Positions 1 to 12,151 of a stretch of DNA of 47,964 nucleotides are shown here, piece by piece (positions within the stretch are counted from its first letter, which is position 1; the number at the start of each line of letters is the position of its first letter). Below the pieces are notes generated by a model. The model searched no databases. It saw nothing but the letters and a program-made list of their open reading frames with translations, and was not told the DNA's origin. A program made the position numbers and the translations under genes. The stretch lies in contig JAVKOQ020000033.1 of NCBI GenBank assembly GCA_031835245.2, forward strand, positions 248,001-295,964, in the 5' to 3' direction. The DNA is from Balamuthia mandrillaris (taxonomy: Eukaryota).

Positions 1-1133
1 TTGTAGAAGGTTGCTGGTTTGTGATGGCCTCCCAGCGTACAGGCGACATGGATTGGTCCTCCAGAATTTCGTTTGTCTTGGAGAAGTGTCTGCAACCAAA
101 GAACCCCCTATCTGCTGACTTTGGGGAAGGGTGAGTCGCTGTCAGGATGTGATGCCTCTGCTCATCTAGAAGGGCGGCTTTGGCTTGAGCAGATCTTCCC
201 CAAAGGAGAAACACCACTCCTCTTTTGTGCTGGTTGATAGCTTTGATGGTGGCATCAGTGAAGAGTTCCCATCCTTGGTTAGCATGAGAGTTTGGTTCTC
301 CTTGTCTGCATGTGTGGAGAGAAGAGACAATTCAAGAAAGAGGAAGCAGTTTAGACACAGAAGATAATGCTCACCTTACGGTCAAGACTGTATTGAGCAG
401 CAAGACGCCCTGTGCACCCCACTCTAGCAAATAGCCATGAGGAGGGCGTTTGAATGTTGGAATGTCATCCTCTAACTCTTTGTATATATTACAGAGGCTA
501 GGAGGGACTTGCACTCCTTTGCGTACCGAAAAGCACATGCCATGTGCTTGGCCTGCCCTCACATATGGATCTTGGCCTGTGCATTATGCCATGTCAGAAA
601 AGAAAGAAAGCAAGAAGACGACAAACGAAAATAACAAACCAGCATGAAAGAAGAATCAAAGGAGAACACAAAGCACGCAACACAAAAAATACCTATAATG
701 ACAACTTTGACGTTGTCGAAAGGGCACTGGTTATAAGCAGCGAAGATGTCTTCTGCAGGAGGAAACACCACACCATCTCTTCTTTCCTTGTACAGGAAAG
801 TGGCAAGAGCGGTCCAGTAGGGTTTGGTTAGCTCGTACTCTAAAACTTGTCGCCAAGAAGGTTCTTGAAGGTTGGCTTGCAGCCTGGTGGTTTGGATTTG
901 CTTGAAACGCTCCAAAGCAGCCAACCTGTTTCTTTCAATAGTCTGTCGCTCTTCTTCTGTCAACTCATCTTCCTCCTATCCTCAACAAAAAAAAAAAAAG
1001 AGAGTAAAATACGGTGAGAGGGGAGTGTGGGTGTCTCTACTCTCACGGAGATGCTTGAGCAACAAGAACAGCATACCGTTACGACAGCTGGTTGGGCGTC
1101 GCCTCCACTCCCCTCCTGTTTGGTGTTCTGCAT
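1..1133 (-). CDS. UNG: Uracil-DNA glycosylase, family 1 (multi-exon; 3' end runs off the window)
   Basis: Spliced translation gives MQNTKQEG...[43 protein letters not shown]...[11 protein letters not shown]...[13 protein letters not shown]...VVFLLWG...[21 protein letters not shown]. Probable ATG at 1133; GT-AG introns. Confidence 0.95.
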
Positions 1134-1331
1134 TACTACGTTACCTCTTTTCTTTAAAAAAATTCTTGGAAATAATTAATTGGCAAAGAGGAACAAAATG
1201 TGTGTGCACTTTATTGTTGTGAGTCAAATACATTTTTGGCCACGGCACAAGAACAGCATCCCGGTTCGACCGTGATAGCAGGTTAGCTCCACTCGCCTCC
1301 TCGGTTGTCATGTGGTGTGTTTTTGCATCGA

Positions 1332-3749
<2,418 letters not shown>

Positions 3750-4141
3750 CTTTCCAATTCTTTTTTTTGTTTGCTGTCTTTCTTAGTATCCTACAACGTT
3801 TCAACAAACACTTTACAATGCCAACTGTACTCTTCCACTCGCAACGGTCGTCTATTCACGGGGCCGAGCTTCAATCCACTTTTTTTCTTGCTTTCTTTTT
3901 CACTTTCTTTTGTGGGGGAGCACTTTTTGTCGACAGAATGCGAGGAATGAAGCTCAAAGTTAGAAAGAGGAACGAAAGGCACGCAAAAAATCCAAGGAAT
4001 GCAAGGCATGGCAAGAATGAGAAAAAGGCCAAACGAAAAAGCAAAGCAAAGCAAAGCAAAGCAAACACCGCTAAAGCAAAGCAAAGCAAAGCAAAGCAAA
4101 CACCGCTAAAGCATTTCACCAGTAGCACACCAAAGGCCGTC
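3750..4141. promoter_or_regulatory. Putative bidirectional promoter ELP3/XPF
   Basis: About 390 bp between divergent start codons; inferred from gene arrangement only. Confidence 0.55.
4039..4112 (+). repeat. (GCAAA)n pentamer array, organised as two ~35-bp units each ending in CACCGCTAAA
   Basis: Directly visible tandem repeat just upstream of the XPF ATG. Confidence 0.9.
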
Positions 4142-7100
4142 ATGGTGCTCCCCTTTCAACGACAGATCTTGGAGGACATGTTGGAGGAGGATGGGCTGCT
4201 GGTGCTGGGCAGAGGACTGGGCTTGCACAAGATCGTGCTGAACTTCTTGAAGCTGCACTGCGTGCCCAACAACCTGGTCTTCCTGTTGAATACCAACCCG
4301 GCCGAGCAGGAGCTCTTCATAGAGGACTTGCGGTCAGAGGGCGTGTCTCGCCTTCCCATCGTGGTGAACACTGACTACAATGCGGCGGAGCGGACGGCCC
4401 TCTACCTGAAGGGAGGCGTCCTCTTTGTCTCCTCTCGCATCCTGATCGTTGACATGCTCAACAAGTGCGTGCCTTCCCACCTCATCACTGGCTTTCTGGT
4501 CAACCATGCCCAAAGGTAATGTCATGTTGTTATTTGCTAGTTTGCTTTCAACTTGGCAATGGTTGCTAACTAAAGGTCATTTTGTTTACAGAGTTTCGGA
4601 GACATCAATGGAAGCCTTCATCCTTCGACTCTTTCGCCAGTCCAATAAGGTTTCTGCTCTCTCTCTCTCTCTCTCTCTCTATCTGTGTACCTCTTGGCTG
4701 CATTTCTCATATTGTTCTTCTGCACCTTCTTCTTTCGTGTTGGAGAAAGACTGGCTTCATAAAAGCGTTTTCAGAGTCACCAGAGGCTTTCGCCTCGGGC
4801 TTCTGCAAGGTGGAGGCCATCATGAAGAACTTGTACGTGAAAAGGTTGTATCTGTGGCCAAGGTTCCACCTCACCGTGGCTGAGAGCCTGGAAAAGCATC
4901 AACCTGAGGTTATTGAATTGGAACAACCTCTCACCGACACCATGCAACAGATCCAAGAGGCTATCGTCAAAGTCATGGAAGCCTGTTTACAGGAGCTCCG
5001 TAGCACTAACCAGGTACCACTATCAACATCATATGTTTGAGAGAGAAGAGAGAGAAAGGGAGAGAGAAGCAGAGACGGCGTAATTTAGAAACGGCTAACG
5101 CATGAACTCCAACAGCTGGACATTGAAGAACTTACGGTTGAGAATGGATTGTTCAAATCCTTTGACACCATCATTCGCAACCAGTTGAGCCCTATTTGGC
5201 ACAACACTGGACCTAAAACGAAGCAACTGGTGGCTGACTTACGGACCTTACGTAATTTATTGGAGTAGAGTCGCTCTCATCTCATTTAAGAAGTATCTTT
5301 GCGGTTTGAAACTATGCTGCTAACCATGCTCATGTCTGTATTAGCTTTCTGGTGAGCTATGACTGCGTCTCGTATAATAGATATCTGGAGACCCTATCTT
5401 CGCATCGTTTTGGGCCACACTCAGGATGGCTGTTCATGAATGCCACGTCCACTATATTCAAGGTCTGGTTTCTTTTTGCTTCGCTTTGAGAAATGAGATT
5501 AACTTCCGCTTATAGTTGGCAAAGAATAGAGTTTATAAGACCAAGCGTGCAAAACCTCCCAAAAAGAGGCAGCATGGGGGACAACCAAAGCGACAACAAA
5601 AGAAAATAAAGAGTACAGACAAAGAAAATAATAATAATCAGGACACAGAAGTTGGTACTGAGGCGAAAGAAAAAGACAAAGAAGAAGACAATGAAAAACG
5701 TACGTTTATGTTTTCGAGAATTTCGTGTTACTCAAGAGCGTATATGCATTGACTGTGATTGTCACAGAAGAAATACGATATGAATTAGTGCTAGAGGAAA
5801 ATCCCAAGTGGCAGTTGCTGTCAGAAATATTAGATGAGATAGAGCAAGAAAATCAAAAACGAAGTGCGTGTGCTTTTCTTTGCCATAACCACTCAACATT
5901 ACATTCCCGTTGCTCAACTAAACTGTAACACTCTAGCTACAGGAGAACCTGGACGGATATTAATAGCTGTAAAGGACGATAGAACATGCGCTCAGTTGCA
6001 AGAATACTTAACCTGTGGAGGACGGCCCATGTTGGAACGGTTATTCAAGTCCGATTGGCTTCGGAAGAAGTTCTATTCGTACGCACAACAGCCGTTCGTA
6101 GCGGGTGGTGGTGGTAATGGCGCTTCTACTTCTTACTATGGTGGCAAACGGACGAATCGTAGAAGGCGGTCAAGTGCTGGTTGGAGCTCCACTACCACAG
6201 GACAGCAAAAGAAAACGGAGGCTACCGGATCAGCTACCACATCGCCTTCTGCTTCGTTGGAAGATTTTTTTCCTTCATCCACTCACGAAAATGAAGGCAG
6301 CAACAGCAGTCGCTTTCATGCAAAGAAAACAAAACGTAGCACCTCCCCTCAATCCTTTGCATCAGCATCCTATCGGTTCAACTTGGAGTCACTGCAAGAC
6401 CGATTTTATGCCCAAGAGCCTTGCCAAACATCGGTGGCGGCTACCGAGGGCGAGTTTGATTTCTTTGATGGAATATTTGGCGTGCTAGAAATGCCTCACA
6501 TTGTGGTTCACCCTCTCAGCGCTGACTGCCATCGATTATTGGACGATTTGCGGCCGAAGTTCGTTGTAGTTTATGACCCTGATACTCGTTTCATTCGCCA
6601 ATTAGAGGTATATAAAGCAGATAATCCGGGCGTGCCTCTGCGCGTATACTTTATGAGATATGCCAAGTCTGTGGAGGAACAGAAGTACCTAAGCAGCCTT
6701 CGAAAAGAGAAGGAGGCATTTGAAAGGCTCATACGAGAAAAAGCTGTACGTGGAACACCTTTTTTCTCTGGCACTCTGTCTAACACCCATTTTATGTTGA
6801 TTTGTTTTGTTTTTAAAAAGACAATGGCAATACCTGAGGACCAAGATGGTAAGTCTGAAGGGCTGAGAGCAGCCGATTTGTATGACCAAGACCCCCAAAG
6901 TACAAGAAAAGGTGGCCGCAAGTTGATACCATCAAGCAAAGGCAAGATATTAGTGGACAACAGAGAGTTTCGAAGTGCATTACCTTCCTTCCTTGATAAA
7001 CGAGGATTCGAGGTGATACCTTGCCACCTGGAAGTTGGCGATTACATATTATCGCCAGATGTGTGCGTTGAAAGGAAGAGCATTTCGGATTTATTCGGCT

Positions 7101-7779
7101 CTATGTCTTCTGGTCGTCTATATAACCAGGTGGAAGCGATGTGCAGGAGATTCAAGATATTTGCTGTTCTCATCGAGTTTGATCAAGAGGAGGCTTTTGG
7201 CCTGCAATCGGAACAAGATATCGGACAGGAAATATCGCCCACAAGCATCTCTTCCAAACTAGTGCTCTTGACCTTACATTTTCCACAGCTTCGCTTCCTA
7301 TGGTGTAGATCTCCACAGGCCAGCGCGGAGCTTTTTGAAGCTCTCAAAGTACCTTTTTTTACCTCCCTCTCAAATTCTCTCCTCTCCTCTCTCCCCTCTC
7401 CTTCCTCCAGGTTACACGGAACTGAACCTTCGATAACCACCTTTTAACAGGAAGGGCGAGAAGAACCCGACTTGAACGATGTAAATTCAGCCATTGGAGA
7501 AGTAGAGGATATCGCCAGTTTAGCCCCAAAGGTACATTCAAAGATCGCACTCCTTTCTCTCGTTCTCGTTGTATGCTCACGCGGGTGCGATACAAACGTT
7601 TACAGGATTTTCTGAGACGGCTACCAGGTATCACCGATAAAAACTTTGAAAGGGTAGTAGAGCAGGTGCACTCCTTGCAAGACCTTAGCAGGATGAGCGA
7701 GCAGCAGCTGTGTGCATTGCTGGTGGACGCCGCCAACGCCAAAAAATTGTACCACTTTTTACGCAAAGAAAACAGTTGA
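4142..7779 (+). CDS. ERCC4: DNA repair endonuclease XPF/Rad1 (helicase-like domain, ERCC4 nuclease, HhH), multi-exon
   Basis: MVLPFQRQILEDMLEEDGLLVLGRGLG, GFIKAFSESPE, LYLWPRFHLTV, VLEENPKWQLL, EEQKYLSSLRKEKEAFERLI, VDNREFRS, GDYILSPDVCVERKSISDL, FLRRLPGI. Confidence 0.98.
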
Positions 7780-8134
7780 ACATGTTCGCTGCATCCTCTT
7801 GCCGCTCATCGTAATATCATGCTGTCTCGATGGCCCATGCCTAACCAACACCTCTTTCTTCTTCTTATTGCTTGCCCTCCCCCCAATGGATCCAATGCGT
7901 TGTTGGGTGGCACAGGGCAGCAAGCCGTTCATTCCAGTTCAGGAAAGGCAGCCGCAGAGAAAAGAGAGAGAGAGAGAGACCACAATTCAGCGAATGTTAT
8001 TATGAGAAAATCAGCGGAAGAAGCGAAGCGACACCACCAACAATAACCCCTAACGGGAAGGGAAGGGAAGAGAGAAGAGCCGCTTGCTGCCTCAGCTGCC
8101 AAAAGGCTTTTTTTTTTTTTTGGAGTGTGTTACA

Positions 8135-8450
8135 ATGGCCACAACTACAACCTCAAACGAGCAGAAGCAACCGCAGCAGGGGGAGGAGGCTGCAGCCGCC
8201 TCGGAGGGGTTAGGCGGGTCAGCGGCGGTTGTGGGAATAGCGGCCAACGCCGTTGGCTATGCTGATGGAGAGGAGTGGGCCAAGAAGCGCAACAAAATGA
8301 GGGGTAAAGGCACCCCCCGCCAACTCCAGGTGCTCCGTGACCGCATTGAGGCACAAGCCGATAAAGTGCGAAGGATGAAGGGAGAGGAGGGCGAAGGCGA
8401 AAAGTGGAGGAAGAAGCGAGTGATGGACGCTATTTTTGATCTTGTTAGAG

Positions 8451-8485
<35 letters not shown>

Positions 8486-11019
8486 CTCTCTCTCGCTCTC
8501 TCTTTGTCTTGTTGTGGAGTACTGACTGGTTTGACCATTTGGTAGATGGAGCTCAAGTATCAGTACTGCTGCCTCTCGCCAGTACCGGTGACCACCCCCG
8601 AATTGGTGGTCGAGACTGAGCCTCCTCATCTGATCCGTGTTCGCTGGAGGGTTAGAGACAAAGACGGGAAGATCACACGCCTTCAACGTATTGCCTCTTC
8701 CCTTTCTCCTGCTTCCTTTCTTTTCTCTCGTTCTCTCTCTCTCTCTCTCTCGTTCTCTCTCTGTCTTTGTGGTTTGAGCTAAATAGTGGTGTCTGATAAA
8801 GGACCGTTCCACGACGTAACGTCGATAACCGGAAGGGAGCTGGCGGAGGTGATAAGGAAGGACACCCACCAACAAAAGAGGTTTCCGGAGCTGTCGGGCT
8901 TTGTGAAAATAGAGCGTTACGTACCTGCCGACCAGTCCGAAACCCAAAAGCCTTATTATGTGGCGCTATCACCAGAGGTTTGTCTCTATTCTTTTTATGT
9001 ACGCTTTGGCACTTATTAACGGAAAGTTTCCTTCTTCCCTCCTTCCTTCAGGACAAGTTGGCTCTTCCATTGCGTTTTCCTGGACCTGTCTTACGTAAGT
9101 CCATCCGTGCATTCGCCTTTTATGTGGCATTCACTACTTTGTGTGGCTGACCTTCTCCGGTTCGAAACGACCGCAGAAAAACAATGGACAGTGGATCTTC
9201 GCGTAACGTTTGTGGAGAGACCATCCCATCTGAGCACGCCGTCAGCCTACCTTTCCGACGGATGTACAGCATTGCCAGAGCTTATAGATGCTGGCGTTAA
9301 CCTATTTGATGCCACTTTTCGTGGCATTGAGGATAAAGTTGTGGAAAGGGCGTTTGGCGCTGGCGTTTCGCAGTTAGTTCTGATAAGCACCACCCCTGAA
9401 AACAGCGCTCATTCGTTGTCGTTGTGTGAGGGCAGGCGAAACAGTCTTTTTGCTACGGTGGGGGTACACCCCAACGAGGCCGCTAAAATACCTTTTACAG
9501 AAATAGAGACGCTTCGTAAGCTGGTCACCAGTAGCTATGTTGTTGCCATTGGAGAATGTGGCTTAGATGAGCAAGCCGGCGAGCAAGGCTTACAAGAGCA
9601 GTGGCTAGAACATCAAATCCAATTGGCCATTGGTGCGCAATTTCTGCCTCTGCCTCTGCCTCTGCCTCTGCCTCTGCCTCTGCCTCTGCCTCTGCCTCTG
9701 CCTCTGCCTCTGCCTCTGCCTCTGCCTCTGCCTCTGCTCTTCTCCTCCTCTGCTCTGCCTCTGCCTCTGCTGCCTCTGCCTCTGCCTCTGCTGCTGCCTC
9801 TGCCCTGCCTCTGCCTCTCCTGCCTCTCCCTCTGCCTCTGCCTCTGCCTCTGCCTCTCCCTCTGCTCTGCCTCTCCTCTGCCTCTGCCTCTGCCTCTCCT
9901 CCCTCCCTCTGCCTCTGCCTCTGTCTGCTCCTCTCCCTCTCCCTCTGCCTCTGCCTCTCCCTCTCCCTCTCTCCCTCTCCCTCTCCCTCTCCCTCTCCCT
10001 CTCCCTCTCCCTCTCCCTCTCCCTCTCCCTCTCCCTCTCCCTCTCCCTCTCCCTCTCCCTCTCCCTCTCCCTCTCCCTAACAAAGCGTTTGCTGGTTGAC
10101 AGAGGCAAAGAAACCTATTTTCTTACACGAGAGAGGCCAATTTGAACGCTTCAGGGCCATCTTAGGCAAACATGCAGAGGCACTACGGGACCGAGCTGTT
10201 GTGAACTGTTTCACGGGAAGCGAAGAGGCTCTGCAGGCTTACCTTGATATGGGATTCTACATTGGTGTCACTGGTTTCATATGCAACGAAGCTCGTGGCG
10301 CTGAACTTCAAAAAGTGGTTGCTGGTATTCCTCTTGACCGCTTGGTTTGGCTCTCCATCATATTTTGTTTGGATTATAGTGCATGTCACTATGTTAAGAC
10401 TTACAGATCAGCTAATCTCCTCTCTCTCTCTCTCACTCTCTCTTTGGTATTGCAAAAGCTGCTGGGAAGCGATGCACCTTATCTGACCCCGTTCACAATG
10501 CCCAAACCTTATCCTAAGTACAACGAGCCGGCTTATCTTCCTCATGTGTTGGTTGCAGTGGCCTCTGCCTTGAACCTCAGCATTGATGAGGTAACCAAAG
10601 CAACAACAAGTAACGCTCGTAAGCTGTTTGGTATGCCAGTTTTGCCCTACGATGGCACCCTGCGAAGCCAGCCTTTCTCCACTCCTTTCTCTCCTAATGC
10701 CGAAATGGCTTATTGCAGACTGGGCAAAGAAAAGGCTGTTGCTGACCGACCGCTGGATGCAGCTACCCAAGCATCCACGTCGCCGTCGTCATCATCTTCT
10801 TCTTCCTCTTCTCCCTCTTCTTCCTCTTCTTCCTCTTCTTTCGCCACTACTTCCCCCAGCAGTGCTACCTCCTCGGAGACCACATTCCTTTACAAGGACA
10901 AGCTTTACAGGTGCACAGCCAAGGAAAACGCAATCCTTCAACGGCAAAGAAATGCCCTCTCCGAGGAAGCGTTCGCAGCCCTCTTTGAAGACTTTGCCCT
11001 TTGCGTGATAGATTCTTGA
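8135..11019 (+). CDS. TatD-family amidohydrolase-fold nuclease with N-terminal WHEP-like and possible beta-grasp domains, multi-exon
   Basis: TatD motifs IDAGVNL, ATVGVHP, VAIGECGLD, PIFLHER, VVNCFTG, YIGVTG, IPLDRL|LLGSDAPYL, NEPAYL. Five upstream exons splice in frame through GT-AG introns from the ATG at 8135. Confidence 0.88.
9644..10077 (+). repeat. Intronic hexamer microsatellite (CCTCTG)n grading into (CCTCTC)n
   Basis: Fills most of the 470-nt TatD intron 9633-10102 (GTGCGC...GACAG); splicing restores IQLAI|EAKKPIFLH. Confidence 0.95.
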
Positions 11020-11100
11020 ATCTTTTCTTTTATTGGTTTGCTGTTGATTATTTGGATTGTAATCCTTCCTTCCATGAAGGATATGTTCAATTGTTGTTGA

Positions 11101-11853
11101 TCATGGTTGGTTACCAAAAGAAGTGGTATCGAAGTCTCTGACCTTTGGCTTCTTGTTTTCCCGTGTGATACCCCAGTGATGCAATATCGCTAAAATGTCT
11201 TCAACAGTGCGACCAGCTAGATCTTCCTTGTCTACCAGCTGGGCGTGGTCATAGATATACAAGCGTGGTATGGAGCCTATCTCGTGAAACTTCACTCTGG
11301 GGCTTGTTGTTGAAAATAGTAGTGGTCGCCAATGTTGATTGGTGACGGGCTTCTTTCTTGGCTGGAAGAAAGGAGGAGGAAAAGAGAGGGAAGGAGGAAC
11401 GTACTAGTAAGGGCCGTGTTCCACCAAAAATTCATCCACCTGTGGATACTCCTTTTTAAGGTTGCACATGCAGGCCTTTGAGATGCATAAAGAGTGAGCA
11501 TGAATCGAACTAGCTGTGTAGAGGCAAAGAGGTGGAGGGGACCCAACCCGAATTTCCGCAGTGAGTGGCCGCTCCTGTTCCGCCTCATGGTTCTCGGTCA
11601 GCGTGGTTGCATACATTCGCGTGGAGTAGAAAGGTTTGTCTTTTCTTCCAGGAAGCTCATAGACGCGCGGGGCAGGGGATCGCCTGTGATATCGATCATT
11701 GTGCTCCCCATTCTGGTAGTGAGGTTCTTGAGGGGTGGTGTGTGCTGACGATAATTCTCTGCGACTTTTACGGACGGCCCCGCTTTGGCCCATCCAAAGG
11801 CAAAACACCAGTCCTACAGCTATCACAACCGACTTGTAACCAACCCGCCTCAT
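11101..11853 (-). CDS. SelenoF(Sep15)/SelM-family thioredoxin-like protein, Cys-containing (CxC), with probable signal peptide; 3 exons
   Basis: Spliced: MRRVGYKSVVIAVGLVFCLWMGQSGA...AEIR|ACMCNLKKEYPQVDEFLVEHGPY|YPRVKFHEIGSIPRLYIYDHAQLVDKEDLAGRTVEDILAILHHWGI. This matches the Sep15/SelM redox-domain pattern (C-x-U-x-L..P.V..F...Y.....P.L......E.L...T.E.I..LL). Confidence 0.8.
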
Positions 11854-12151
11854 GTCTTCGTTGTTAAGAAGCAATGGGACCAACAAGCTCGTTCTCTGCG
11901 TCGACGACTGGTTTCCTTTGCCGAAGAGGCAGCGCCGCTTAATGGTGAAAAAAAGGACCGGACCCTATTAGGCTCGTCTCCCTCCGTGCCGCCGCCGACG
12001 CAAACACAAAGATTCAAGAGAGGGGGAGGGGGTTTTCCCCTTACGTACGGCCTCTACTGCAAAGCAGCGGACGGGTTTCTCACTCCACACATCCCACTTC
12101 CTTTCCAGTGGCAAGAGGGTGAATGGAAGAGAGCACTGATAAATAATAATA

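Noticed and set aside
1230..1330. GGTTCGA B-box-like and SECIS-like (ATGA..AA..GA) patterns in the ELP3 3' region
   Set aside because: No A-box or cloverleaf, SECIS spacing is wrong, and ELP3 has no in-frame TGA.
3767..4141. N-terminal extension of the 250-aa ORF upstream of XPF
   Set aside because: Open frame comes from promoter low-complexity sequence and GCAAA repeats; XPF similarity starts at ATG 4142.
9601..10145. Poly-LP, SA, RG, RE and CL ORFs in several frames
   Set aside because: Translations of an intronic hexamer microsatellite; splicing it out restores TatD.
10631..10718. Possible extra TatD intron (GTATGC...TTGCAG)
   Set aside because: 88 nt would shift the frame into implausible sequence, while the unspliced frame stays open to a domain-like C-terminus. 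Needs cDNA to exclude fully.
11020..11480. Selenocysteine codon and SECIS for the SelenoF/SelM-like gene
   Set aside because: Both redox positions are TGC, the only in-frame TGA is terminal, and no convincing SECIS is visible in the short 3' region.
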